NCBI GenBank assembly: GCA_963727445.1
Contig: CAVSGI010000015.1
Coordinates: 160,001-224,000, forward strand
Length of the DNA stretch: 64,000 nucleotides
Direction: 5' to 3'
From: an uncultured delta proteobacterium
Lineage (GTDB): Bacteria; Myxococcota_A; Polyangia; Polyangiales; B10-G4
Made by a program: the position numbers and the translations under genes. The notes beneath the pieces were generated by a model, which was given only the letters and a program-made list of their open reading frames with translations, was not told where the DNA came from and did not search any database. Shown here piece after piece: positions 39,012-48,391 of this stretch. Each line of letters opens with the position of its first letter. Positions within the stretch are counted from its first letter, which is position 1.

Positions 39012-39730
39012 GCCCGCGCGAACCTCGTCATCCGGCTGTGCCGCGCGAGGGTCCAGAGGATCTTGCCGCTCGCGAGCAGCGTGCCCTTCACCGTGCCGCT
39101 CACCTTCGAGCGACCGATCCGCCGGCGGTAGCTCACCGGCACCTCGAGGTGCCGGCGGCCCTGGCGCGCCGCCTTGATCTGCATCTCCACCGTCCAGCCA
39201 TAAGTGGGATCGCGCATGTCGAGATCCGCGAGCACGTCCCAGCGGATCGCGCGAAATGGGCCCAGGTCCGAGTAACGTGCGCCATAGAGCCCGCGGAGCG
39301 CGACGCAGGCGACGGCGTTGCCGACCCGCTGCTGGGGCGTGAGGCTGCCGCGCTCGCGCCGGCCGAGAGTACGCGAGCCGATCACCAGCTCCGCCTCGCC
39401 GGACAACAGCGGCGCGACGAGGGCGTGCATCTCGGCGGGGTGGTCGCTGTAATCACCGTCGAGGAAGACGATCACCTCGGGCGGGTCCGTCGCGATGTGC
39501 CGGAGGGCCTTCAGGCACGCGCGCCCGTAGCCGCGGCGCGGCTCGTGGACGACCTCGGCGCCGGCCGCGCGGGCCACCCGCGCCGTGCCGTCTCGCGACC
39601 CGTTGTCGGCCACCACCACCCGGCGCACGAGCGCGCGGGGGATCTCCGCCAGCACCTTGGGGAGCGCCCGCTCTTCGTCCAATGCGGGGATGACGACATC
39701 GACGCTTCTCGGGGGCACCACGCAAAGCAT
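39008..39730 (-). CDS. Glycosyltransferase family 2
   Basis: VVIPALDEE, VADNGSRDGT, RGYGRAC, FLDGDYSD, DLGPFRAIR, YGWTVEMQ. Start approximate. Confidence 0.92.
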   Translation of the reverse strand: MLCVVPPRSVDVVIPALDEERALPKVLAEIPRALVRRVVVADNGSRDGTARVARAAGAEVVHEPRRGYGRACLKALRHIATDPPEVIVFLDGDYSDHPAEMHALVAPLLSGEAELVIGSRTLGRRERGSLTPQQRVGNAVACVALRGLYGARYSDLGPFRAIRWDVLADLDMRDPTYGWTVEMQIKAARQGRRHLEVPVSYRRRIGRSKVSGTVKGTLLASGKILWTLARHSRMTRFARA

Positions 39731-39764
39731 ACGCCGCCTTCGACGCGGTGTTACGCTCGCGCTC

Positions 39765-40508
39765 ATGCGGCCGACCCTCTTCGCCCTGGTCCTCACCACG
39801 ACGGCCTTCGCGAGCGTCCCCGCCTCGGCACAGGACGGCGACGACGTACCCGCGCACATGGAAGAACCGGACGACGGTCCGCCCGACCGACCCACCTCGG
39901 GTGACCTGAGCATCTTCAGCGGGCGCACCAACGGCAACGGCGAGACCGCGCTCGCGGCAGGCGTCGGCTGGCCCGGCATCTGGGCGGGGCTCTTCCTCTC
40001 GCCCAGCTCGACCTTCAACCTGGGGATCCGCGGACACGTCTACTACGGCTCGCCCATCATGGGCTTCAGCACGGGCGCCGGCGGTGGCGTCACGATCCCC
40101 ATCCGGATCCATGTCTTCGGGAGCGACAAGCTCGACATCTCCCTCTACGTCGAGCCGGGCGTGGTCCTGGGCGAGGCCTCCCTGGTGGGCGAGGTCGTCA
40201 CCTTCTCGGACGCCTTCGGCTATGGCGTCTACGCCGTCGCCGGCGCCCTCGCCGGCGCGCAGCTCTCAGACTCCGTCACTCTCGCCATCGGCCTGATGGG
40301 TCAGGGCGGCTACGTGCACACGCCCTCGAAGTCCATCAACCCGGTGGGCCCCATCGGCGCCGTCCTCGTCAGCGCAGCTCTCGAGGCCCTGATGAGCCGC
40401 GACACGATGCTCTTCGTCGAGATCCGCGGCGGCGCCGGCTTCTCCGACACCCTCTTCGACAGCCAGGGCATCTTCCAGGGGAGCCTGGGACTCGCCTATC
40501 TGCTCTAA
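39765..40508 (+). CDS. Hypothetical secreted / outer-membrane beta-barrel-like protein
   Basis: Signal peptide ending ASA-Q; alternating beta strands; C-terminal LGLAYLL. Confidence 0.7.
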   Translation: MRPTLFALVLTTTAFASVPASAQDGDDVPAHMEEPDDGPPDRPTSGDLSIFSGRTNGNGETALAAGVGWPGIWAGLFLSPSSTFNLGIRGHVYYGSPIMGFSTGAGGGVTIPIRIHVFGSDKLDISLYVEPGVVLGEASLVGEVVTFSDAFGYGVYAVAGALAGAQLSDSVTLAIGLMGQGGYVHTPSKSINPVGPIGAVLVSAALEALMSRDTMLFVEIRGGAGFSDTLFDSQGIFQGSLGLAYLL

Positions 40509-40509
40509 C

Positions 40510-40606
40510 GGGGACGCTAGATTGACAATTGACTTCTGCCCCGCCGGGCCGAACCGGGCCACGCACCGCCACGCGTGCGAAAGTCAATTGTCAATCTAGC
40601 GTCCCC
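40510..40606. repeat. Short MITE/REP-like element with a 26-bp perfect inverted repeat
   Basis: GGGGACGCTAGATTGACAATTGACTT (40510-40535) and AAGTCAATTGTCAATCTAGCGTCCCC (40581-40606). Confidence 0.9.
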
Positions 40607-40626
40607 ACGTCACGCTACTCGGCCCC

Positions 40627-42027
40627 ATGGCCCGCACCATTCATTTCATCAGCCTCGGCTGCGCGAAGAATCGCGTGGACACCGAGGTGATGCTCGGGAC
40701 CTCGGACGAGGCGGGGTACGAGCTGGTGGCGGAGGCCGAGGACGCCGAGGTGATCGTCGTCAACACCTGCGGGTTCATCGGGCCGGCGAAGGAGGAGTCG
40801 ATCGACACCATCCTGCGCATGGGGCAGCTCAAGGAGTCGGGGCGCCTCGAGCAGCTGGTCGTCGCGGGCTGCCTCTCGCAGCGCTATCCCGATCAACTCG
40901 CAGCCGAGATGCCCGAGGTCGACCACTTCCTCGGCTCGAGCGACATGCTCAAGCTCCGGAGCGTCCTCGATGGCGGCGCGCCGCGCATGCTCGTCGGCAA
41001 CCCCGCCGACTGGACGATCCGCGCGACCGATCCGCGGCGCCTCTCCCTCCGCTCCCACAGCGCCTTCGTGAAGATCGCCGAAGGCTGTAACCGCACCTGC
41101 TCCTTCTGTGCGATCCCCGGCATCCGCGGCAAGCAGCGCTCGCGGCCCGTCGACGACGTGGTGCGCGAGGTGGAGCACCTGGTCGAGCTCGGCCTCGTCG
41201 AGGCGAATCTGGTCAGTCAGGATACGATCGCCTACGGGCGCGACCTCGACGGCCGTCCCACCCTCGCCGAGCTCACGGACGCGATCTCGAAGGTCGACGG
41301 ACTCGAGTGGGTGCGCCTGCACTACCTCTATCCCGAGAAGCTCACGGACGCCCTGGTCGAGGTGATCGCCGAGCGCGACAACGTCCTTCCCTACGTGGAC
41401 ATGCCGCTCCAGCACGCGTCGGACCCGATGCTCAAGCGCATGCGCCGCGGGCACGGCGGCGACCGGCTCTACCGCGTCGTCGAGCGCCTGCGCTCGCAGC
41501 TCCCCGACATGGTCTTCCGCACGACCTTCATCGTCGGCCACCCCGGCGAGACCGACACCGACTTCGACGAGCTCTTCCGATTCGTCGAGTGGGCCGAGTT
41601 CGATCACGTCGGTGTCTTCCTCTACTCGCACGAAGAGGACACGCGGAGCGGCGAGATGGAGGACCTCGTCCCCGACGAGGTGGCCAAAGCCCGGCACCGG
41701 CGCCTGATGAGCCTGCAGCGGCCCATCTCCCGGGCCAAGCTCCGGAGGCGCGTCGACACCGAGGTCGAGGTGCTCATCGACGGCGTCAGCGACGAGAGCG
41801 ACTTCCTCCTCGAAGGCCGCTTCTGGGGCCAGGCGCCCGAGGTCGACGGCAAGGTCTATCTGGCCAATTCCGGCGACGCCGACCCAAAGCCCGGCGAGAT
41901 CCGGCGGGCCTGGGTCACCGACGCCGCCGACTACGACCTTGTCGCCGATCTCCTCGGCCCGAACGGCGAGCGCGACAACCCCGAGGGCACGCCAGAGCGC
42001 CGCGTGCACCTACCGACAATCGACTGA
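40627..42027 (+). CDS. rimO: Ribosomal protein S12 methylthiotransferase
   Basis: SLGCAKNRVDTE, NTCGFI, KIAEGCNRTCSFCAIP (radical SAM), RLHYLYP, QAPEVDG. Confidence 0.96.
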   Translation: MARTIHFISLGCAKNRVDTEVMLGTSDEAGYELVAEAEDAEVIVVNTCGFIGPAKEESIDTILRMGQLKESGRLEQLVVAGCLSQRYPDQLAAEMPEVDHFLGSSDMLKLRSVLDGGAPRMLVGNPADWTIRATDPRRLSLRSHSAFVKIAEGCNRTCSFCAIPGIRGKQRSRPVDDVVREVEHLVELGLVEANLVSQDTIAYGRDLDGRPTLAELTDAISKVDGLEWVRLHYLYPEKLTDALVEVIAERDNVLPYVDMPLQHASDPMLKRMRRGHGGDRLYRVVERLRSQLPDMVFRTTFIVGHPGETDTDFDELFRFVEWAEFDHVGVFLYSHEEDTRSGEMEDLVPDEVAKARHRRLMSLQRPISRAKLRRRVDTEVEVLIDGVSDESDFLLEGRFWGQAPEVDGKVYLANSGDADPKPGEIRRAWVTDAADYDLVADLLGPNGERDNPEGTPERRVHLPTID

Positions 42028-42107
42028 GATTCCGCACGGATCACTCGATTGACTGGGCTCCCCCCCCGCCCTATAAACGGCGGGTTCTCACCGGAGACCA
42101 CTGGCAA

Positions 42108-42413
42108 ATGAGCACGTACATCACCTCCGATTGCATCAACTGCGGCGCCTGTGAGCCGGAGTGCCCGAACGAAGCCATCAGCGAGGGCGACGAGATCTAC
42201 GTGATCGACCCGAACCTCTGCACCGAGTGCGTCGGCTTCTACGATCACGAGGCCTGCCAGGCTGTCTGTCCGGTCGAGTGCTGCCTGCCGAACCCCGACC
42301 ATCGCGAAGAGGAGGGGGACCTGGTGCAGAAGGCGGTCAAGCTCCATCCGGACGACGCCGACCTCCAGGGCCGCGTCGATTCCGGCGACTTCCCCTCCCG
42401 CTTCCGGAAGTAG
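42108..42413 (+). CDS. YfhL-type 2[4Fe-4S] ferredoxin
   Basis: CINCGACEPECP and CTECVGFYDHEACQAVCPVEC. Confidence 0.93.
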   Translation: MSTYITSDCINCGACEPECPNEAISEGDEIYVIDPNLCTECVGFYDHEACQAVCPVECCLPNPDHREEEGDLVQKAVKLHPDDADLQGRVDSGDFPSRFRK

Positions 42414-42420
42414 AGCGCTC

Positions 42421-43146
42421 ATGTCCCGAGCGGCGCGACCGCTCGCGACCCTGGCGCTGATCTGCGCGGCCGGTTGCGCGCCCGCCATCCCCGTCTGGGG
42501 TGGCGCGACCACCACGCCGCGCGGCCGCAGCGACATCTCTCTCGGCGGGGCCGCGCGCGTCGGCCTCGGCGGGATGAGCCCGGAGGGTGTGCCCGCGGAG
42601 ATCGCGCCCTACGTTCGAAAGGCGCAGGGCAGCGGCGTCGCGCCCGCAGGCGCCTTTCGCTACGGCGTCGCCGACCACACCGATCTCGGGCTCACCGTCT
42701 CCGGCCCCCTGGCCCGCCTCGACGTCCGGCAGGAGCTGATCCTCTCGAACGATCTGGTTCACATCGCCCTGGTCGGCGGCATCGGCCCGTACGTGGGCTG
42801 GCTGGGCTCCCAGGTCGATGGCGAAGGCGGCGCCCGCGTCGGCGCCGACGTCCCGCTCCTCCTCGGTATCGACGCGCTTTCGTTCTTGCAGCTCTGGATC
42901 GGCGCCCGCGTCGGGATCGAGCACGCCTTCGGCGACCTCGAGTCGATGGGAACGATCCAATCGGCGAGCGCCACCGGCTTCCGCATCGGCGGCGTCTTCG
43001 GGTTGGCGCTCGGATTCCGGCACCTGTGGGTGATGCTCGAGCTCACGGGCGGATGGGAGACCTGGTCCGGCGACCTCGGTGCGACGCCGATCAACACCAG
43101 CGGCGCGGTCCTCGTCCCGACCTTCGGGCTGCGCTACCGGATCTGA
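42421..43146 (+). CDS. Hypothetical outer-membrane lipoprotein
   Basis: Lipobox AAGC; beta-strand rich; ends GLRYRI. Confidence 0.7.
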   Translation: MSRAARPLATLALICAAGCAPAIPVWGGATTTPRGRSDISLGGAARVGLGGMSPEGVPAEIAPYVRKAQGSGVAPAGAFRYGVADHTDLGLTVSGPLARLDVRQELILSNDLVHIALVGGIGPYVGWLGSQVDGEGGARVGADVPLLLGIDALSFLQLWIGARVGIEHAFGDLESMGTIQSASATGFRIGGVFGLALGFRHLWVMLELTGGWETWSGDLGATPINTSGAVLVPTFGLRYRI

Positions 43147-43147
43147 A

Positions 43148-46100
43148 TCAGCGCGCGCACGGATGTTCGGGGTCGGGTGCACGCACCACGGCGCGCCCGC
43201 TCTCCCACACGACGGGGATCCGTTCCCACACCGCGCGCAGGACCTCACAGCGCTCTTCCTGGAATGGCGCGAGGTTCCAGGTCACGTATCGCCCGAGAAG
43301 GCTCGCCGCGTGCAGGCGCGGGCCGTCGAGGAGGATGTGGGCGATCGAACCGTGCAGGCGGATGCGCTGGAGAAGGGCACCGCTCGGCCCCCAGATGCCG
43401 AGCGTGCCGTCGGCGAAGCCCACCACGACGGTGCGTGAAGGCCCGAGGATCATGCGGGTCACGGGGCTCGGCGGCGTCTGCTCGAAGGCGGGGCTTGGCT
43501 CCTCGCCGGCGAGCGCGTGGACCTCGAAGTTGCCGTCGGTGTAGCCCACTGCCAGCCGCTCCGCGTCGGCGGCGATGGCGGTGAGCCCCGTCCCGTCGAG
43601 AGCGAGGAGCTCGTGCATGGCGCCTCCATCCGCGGGGACCTCGTAGATCGCCGCGCCGGTCGCGGCCAGGAGCGTTCCCTCCGCGCTCGAGGCGATGGCG
43701 AGGGCCTCCGCGCCGCCAGGTGAGATCTCGTGGGCGCTCTCGGCGTCGGCGATCCGCACCACGCCCTCGAAGAGGGTGGCGCAGGCATCGGGAAGGGCCA
43801 CCACCTCCGGAGCCTCGCCGACGCCTCGCTCCCAGAGCCGGGTATCCGAAGCCGTGTCCCACGCCACCAGATGACCATCCCGCGTCGCGAGGCAGAGGCG
43901 GGATCCCGATGCGCTTCCCCCCCGGGCCTCGAGCGCAGCGCGCGCCCACTCGGCGTCGATGGTGAGCGGCTGGTCGGTCACCAGATCCCGAAACCCCATG
44001 TGCGTCGCGAGGCGCGCCGGCGAGCCGAGCATCACCGGCGCTCGCCAAGCGGGCTCGCCGGTGGCGACGTCGAACGCGCGTACCACGCCGCCGTCTGAGC
44101 CGGTCACGAGCATGCTCCCGTCGCGGCTCAAAGCGACCGTGTTCACCTCCTTCGGATGAACGATGGTGCGCGTCTCCTCCGTGCCCAGACGCCTGAGGCG
44201 CGCCGTGCCGTCAGCGCTGCCGCTGGCGATCCACTCCCCCGGCGCGTCAGCGACGCCGTACACGATCCCTTCGTGGGTGATCGCCACCTCGCTCTCGCTC
44301 GTCGCGAGGTCCCAGAGCCGCACCAGACGATCGTGACCGCCGGTCACGAAGCGCCCGCCGTCGGAGATGAACACCACGTCCTCGGTGCCCCCCGCATGAC
44401 CGTCCAGCTGAAGTGGCGCCGCGCCCGAGGCGATGTCCCAGATCAATATGGGACCCTGAGTCGATGCCGCGGCCAGGTGACGGCCGTCCGGCGAGAAGGC
44501 GAGGCTGCCCATCTGCTCCACGCCCTCGAGCTCGCGGAGGATCCGAGTCGTCGCGAGGTCGTAGATGCGCACCACGCCGGCCTCGAGCGCGACGGCCATC
44601 GTGGCGCCATCGGGGCTCACCGCCAGCCTCCCATACGGCTCGACGCCGGGCGTCGTCGCCTCGCGCGTCACCGTCCCCGCGTGCGTGTCCCAGATGCGAA
44701 CGTTCCCTTCGTTGCTCAGGGTGAGGAGCTCGTCGCCGTCGGGGGTGAATGCGAGGGAGCTGACCTGCATCGGGCTATGACCTCTGAGGCGCGCCCGCAC
44801 CGAACCGCTCGGCGCGTCCCAAAGGAGCACCAGGCCGTCCGCGCCCGCCGACGCGATGGTGCGGCCGTCCGGGCTGACCTGGACCTCGAGGATGTTCCCG
44901 TCGTGACCCGCCGTGTCGAGACGGGGAGCGATCGCCAAATCCACGATCCTGAGAGGCATCCCGAGGGAGGAGATGGCGAGGCGCCGGCCCTCCGCGGGAA
45001 AGCTCACGCCGCGGACCGCGCCCGCACCGAGCTCCCGTCGCTCGAGCAGCTCTCCCGCGGCCGGATCCCAGAGCCCGATCGCTCCATCGTGCGATGCCGA
45101 CACCAAGAGCTCCCCGTCGCCGCTCCACGCGACCTCGCTCACCCGCGCGCGGTGGGCGCGGAGAACCGCGCTCGGCTCGCCGCTGGCGAGGTCCCAGATC
45201 CGGATCGTGTTGTCGCTCCCGCTGCTCGCCAGGCGCGCGCCGTCGGGGGAGAAGCGCACTGAGAGCACGCTGCCCTCGTGACCGTTCAGCCGCCGGCGCT
45301 CCTCGCCGGTCTCGGGATCGTAGAGGTGGATCACCCCGCTGTCGCCGCCGCTCGCCAGCAGCGCGCCGTCCGGCGAGAAGTGGGCGCTCCGCAGCTGGGT
45401 GTCGTCGCCGATCGTGCGAGCCTGTGGCGTCTGCCCCACGCTCCAGATGCGCAGACCATCGGCCGCCGCGGTGGCCAGGACCTCCGAGCTCGGATCGAAG
45501 TCCAGGTCGAAGACGATGCCGCCGTGTTGCATCGCGCCCGTCATCAGCTCGCCCGTCTCCCGTCGCCACACGCGGGCGTCGCCGGTCAGGCTCCCCGCCG
45601 CGACCAGGCTGCCGTCGTGGGAGAAGCCGACCGCGAAGGCCGAGCCCTCGAGGCCGCGCAGGCTGCGGATCGCGCCGGTGTCGGCGTCGACCAGATACGC
45701 CGGGCCGCTCATGCGGGAGGCGACGAGGGTGTGCCCATCCGGCGCAAAGGCGACGCGGTACGCCGACAGATCGGAGTCGCTCTGCCAGACCAGCGGCTCG
45801 CGGGCGAGCACCCAGTAGAGCCCGCGCGCCATGGTCGAGTCCTGCGCCTCCATGGCGGTGCGGAGCTTGGCGCGCGCTTCGAGCACCGCGCCGCGGGCGA
45901 GCGCCGAGCGGGCGCCTTCGCGGAGCGCTTCGGCCCGTTGCTCCTCGGCGCGCGCGCGCTGCTCCTCGGCGTGATCGCGGAGCGCGTCGGCTTGCTGCTT
46001 CTGCACCGCCATCACCACCGTGACGATGGCGAGGAGCGACACCCCGAGCAGGGCGAAGGCGCGCTTCTGCCAGGTGCGCCGGCGCTCGCGCCGCTGGCCC

Positions 46101-48340
46101 GCGTCGAGGAAGGCGTCGACCATCGTGGGGACGGTGGTGGCGCAGCGCGCCCGCGACCGGAGCGCATCGGCGAGGGCCTGCCCCTCCCAGAGCTCGGCGT
46201 CGCGCTTGCCACGCCGTGACCAGAGCTCGGCCGCCTGAGTGACCTCCGCCAGGAACTCCAGCTCTTCGGCGCTGGCGTCGATCCACTCCGAGAGCGTCTT
46301 CCATGTGTGTACCAGCGACTCGTGCGCCAGCTCGAGGGTCGCGTCGTCGCCCTCGCGGCTCCGCGACGCCTGCACGAGACGCGCATCGGTGAGGCGTTCG
46401 AGGACGCGGCCGGCGTCCGGGCCCAACCCCGCGAGCGCTCGCGTACGCGAGGCGATCTGCCGGGTCCGTTGCGGCGTGACCAGGCGGAGGAGGATCTCGC
46501 GGGCGAGGTTGAGATCCGCCGCGCCGAGACCCGCCAAGACGCCATCGGCGTGACGCGCCAGCGCGCCTTCGACGCCGCCCAGGCGCTCGTACTCCGCGCG
46601 GAGCAGCGTCTTGTGATCGCGATCGCGATGCTCCCAGAGCATCTGCGCGGTGAACTCGAGGAGCGGGAGGCACGCCGGCTCCCCCTGCACCGCCGCCACC
46701 ATCTCCTCCGGCAGGGCGTCGTCTTCGTAGCGATAGCCCGCCAGCTCGAGAGGCCGCGTGAGGATGTCGAGGAGCGACGCGGGCTCGGGACGCGCGAGGG
46801 GATGCACGGCAGCGAGCGCGCTGGCGGCGTCGCTCACGGGGATCCGGCCGAGGAAGTCGTCGCGGACGGTGTAGAGGAAGCGCACCGGCTCCTCTTGATC
46901 GTCGGCGGCGCTGGTGAGGGCCTGCAGAAAACGCGCGGCCTCTTCCGGATCCGCGAGGGTGAAGAGCTCCTCGAGCTGATCGACGAAGAGCAGCACGCGG
47001 GTGCCCGTCTCCTCGGCGATGCGCCGCACGCGCACGCCGATCCCCGAAGTCTCCGCCTCGAGCGCGTGGGCGAGCGCGACGCTCGGCGTCGGTCCCGTGT
47101 CGGACCCGGTGGACGAGGTCGGCGTCGTCGACACACCGGATGCTTCCGCGCGCAGGAGGCTGGTGGCCAGCGACTTCATCGGCGCACCTGCCGGTCTGAT
47201 GCGGACGATGGTCCACCGCTCCTGCTCGCGCAGGCGCGGGATCACCCCCGCCTCCACCAGCGAGCTCTTTCCGGCGCCCGACGGTCCGACGACGGCGACC
47301 ACCGGCTGGGTGCGCAAGCGCTCCACGATGGCGTCCACGTCGGCGTCGCGCCCGAAGAAGACGTCGGCGTGACGCTCGCGAAAGGCGAGGAGCCCGCGGA
47401 AAGGGCTCTCCTCCGGGGCACGGGCGCGGTGGCCCTCGAGCATCAGGTCGCGCAGGGCGGTGGCGAGCTCGGCGCTGGTGGGGCGGGCGTCGGGGCTCCC
47501 CGAGAGGCAACGCTTGATCAGGGTCTTCAGTGCCGGGGGAAGGTCGTCGCCCTCGAGCTCCGGGGCTTCGCCGAGGAGCACCGCCGCGCCCAGCTCCGAC
47601 AGATCGCGTTGAGGAAAAGGGACGCGCCCCGACAGGAGCCGGAAGAGCAAGGCGCCGAAAGACCACACGTCGGTGGCGGCCGTGCCCAGCTCGCCACCCC
47701 AGCGCTCGGGCGCCATGTAAGGCGGCGTTCCCTGAAAGCCCTTCTTCGCCATCGGCGCCTCGCCGCCCGCCATGGTGGCGAGGCCGAAGTCGAGGAGGCG
47801 GATCCGACCGTCCGAGCCGACGAGGACGTTGCTCGGCTTGAGGTCGCGGTGGACGACGCCGTGGCGGTGCGCGTCCTCGAGCCCCTGGGCGATGGCGAGC
47901 CCGATGCGGAGCGCTTCGGCGATGCCGAGGCTGCCGCGCCCGCGGATGCGCGCCGAGAGCGTCTCGCCCTCCACGTACTCGAGAGCGACGTAGGGGTAGC
48001 CGTCGTGATCGCCGACGCCGTGGATGGTGAGGATGTTGGGGTGGTTCAGGCGCGCCATGGCGCGCGCCTCCTGATGGAAGCGGCGCACAGCGTCATCGGA
48101 GCCGAGGAGCGAGGCGTGCACCATCTTGAGCGCCACCCGCCGGCCGAGCTTGGTGTCGCGGGCGAGGTAGACCTCCCCCATTCCGCCGTGGCCGAGCCGG
48201 CGCATGACGCGGAAGTGGTCGACCATCGCCCCGCGGCTCAGCTGCGGTGGCGTGCTCTCCGGCTTCGGGCGCGCCTCGCTCGGCGCGCCGGGTCGCGGCG
48301 CGTCCACCTGAGTCTCGGTCGCATCGGCGTCTTTCCCCAC
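43148..48340 (-). CDS. Ser/Thr kinase, nSTAND1-type NTPase, TM and WD40-repeat protein
   Basis: GHGGMGEVY, HRDLKPSN, DFGLA; SPFRGLLAF, GPSGAGKSSL, LFVDQLEELF, LELAHESL; TM segment; many GH..V..V.FSPDG..W repeats. Confidence 0.93.
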   Translation of the reverse strand: MGKDADATETQVDAPRPGAPSEARPKPESTPPQLSRGAMVDHFRVMRRLGHGGMGEVYLARDTKLGRRVALKMVHASLLGSDDAVRRFHQEARAMARLNHPNILTIHGVGDHDGYPYVALEYVEGETLSARIRGRGSLGIAEALRIGLAIAQGLEDAHRHGVVHRDLKPSNVLVGSDGRIRLLDFGLATMAGGEAPMAKKGFQGTPPYMAPERWGGELGTAATDVWSFGALLFRLLSGRVPFPQRDLSELGAAVLLGEAPELEGDDLPPALKTLIKRCLSGSPDARPTSAELATALRDLMLEGHRARAPEESPFRGLLAFRERHADVFFGRDADVDAIVERLRTQPVVAVVGPSGAGKSSLVEAGVIPRLREQERWTIVRIRPAGAPMKSLATSLLRAEASGVSTTPTSSTGSDTGPTPSVALAHALEAETSGIGVRVRRIAEETGTRVLLFVDQLEELFTLADPEEAARFLQALTSAADDQEEPVRFLYTVRDDFLGRIPVSDAASALAAVHPLARPEPASLLDILTRPLELAGYRYEDDALPEEMVAAVQGEPACLPLLEFTAQMLWEHRDRDHKTLLRAEYERLGGVEGALARHADGVLAGLGAADLNLAREILLRLVTPQRTRQIASRTRALAGLGPDAGRVLERLTDARLVQASRSREGDDATLELAHESLVHTWKTLSEWIDASAEELEFLAEVTQAAELWSRRGKRDAELWEGQALADALRSRARCATTVPTMVDAFLDAGQRRERRRTWQKRAFALLGVSLLAIVTVVMAVQKQQADALRDHAEEQRARAEEQRAEALREGARSALARGAVLEARAKLRTAMEAQDSTMARGLYWVLAREPLVWQSDSDLSAYRVAFAPDGHTLVASRMSGPAYLVDADTGAIRSLRGLEGSAFAVGFSHDGSLVAAGSLTGDARVWRRETGELMTGAMQHGGIVFDLDFDPSSEVLATAAADGLRIWSVGQTPQARTIGDDTQLRSAHFSPDGALLASGGDSGVIHLYDPETGEERRRLNGHEGSVLSVRFSPDGARLASSGSDNTIRIWDLASGEPSAVLRAHRARVSEVAWSGDGELLVSASHDGAIGLWDPAAGELLERRELGAGAVRGVSFPAEGRRLAISSLGMPLRIVDLAIAPRLDTAGHDGNILEVQVSPDGRTIASAGADGLVLLWDAPSGSVRARLRGHSPMQVSSLAFTPDGDELLTLSNEGNVRIWDTHAGTVTREATTPGVEPYGRLAVSPDGATMAVALEAGVVRIYDLATTRILRELEGVEQMGSLAFSPDGRHLAAASTQGPILIWDIASGAAPLQLDGHAGGTEDVVFISDGGRFVTGGHDRLVRLWDLATSESEVAITHEGIVYGVADAPGEWIASGSADGTARLRRLGTEETRTIVHPKEVNTVALSRDGSMLVTGSDGGVVRAFDVATGEPAWRAPVMLGSPARLATHMGFRDLVTDQPLTIDAEWARAALEARGGSASGSRLCLATRDGHLVAWDTASDTRLWERGVGEAPEVVALPDACATLFEGVVRIADAESAHEISPGGAEALAIASSAEGTLLAATGAAIYEVPADGGAMHELLALDGTGLTAIAADAERLAVGYTDGNFEVHALAGEEPSPAFEQTPPSPVTRMILGPSRTVVVGFADGTLGIWGPSGALLQRIRLHGSIAHILLDGPRLHAASLLGRYVTWNLAPFQEERCEVLRAVWERIPVVWESGRAVVRAPDPEHPCAR

Positions 48341-48391
48341 CCCACCTCGACGATATCACCGGCGTGAGCGGTGCTTCACGGAAAGGTGTCG

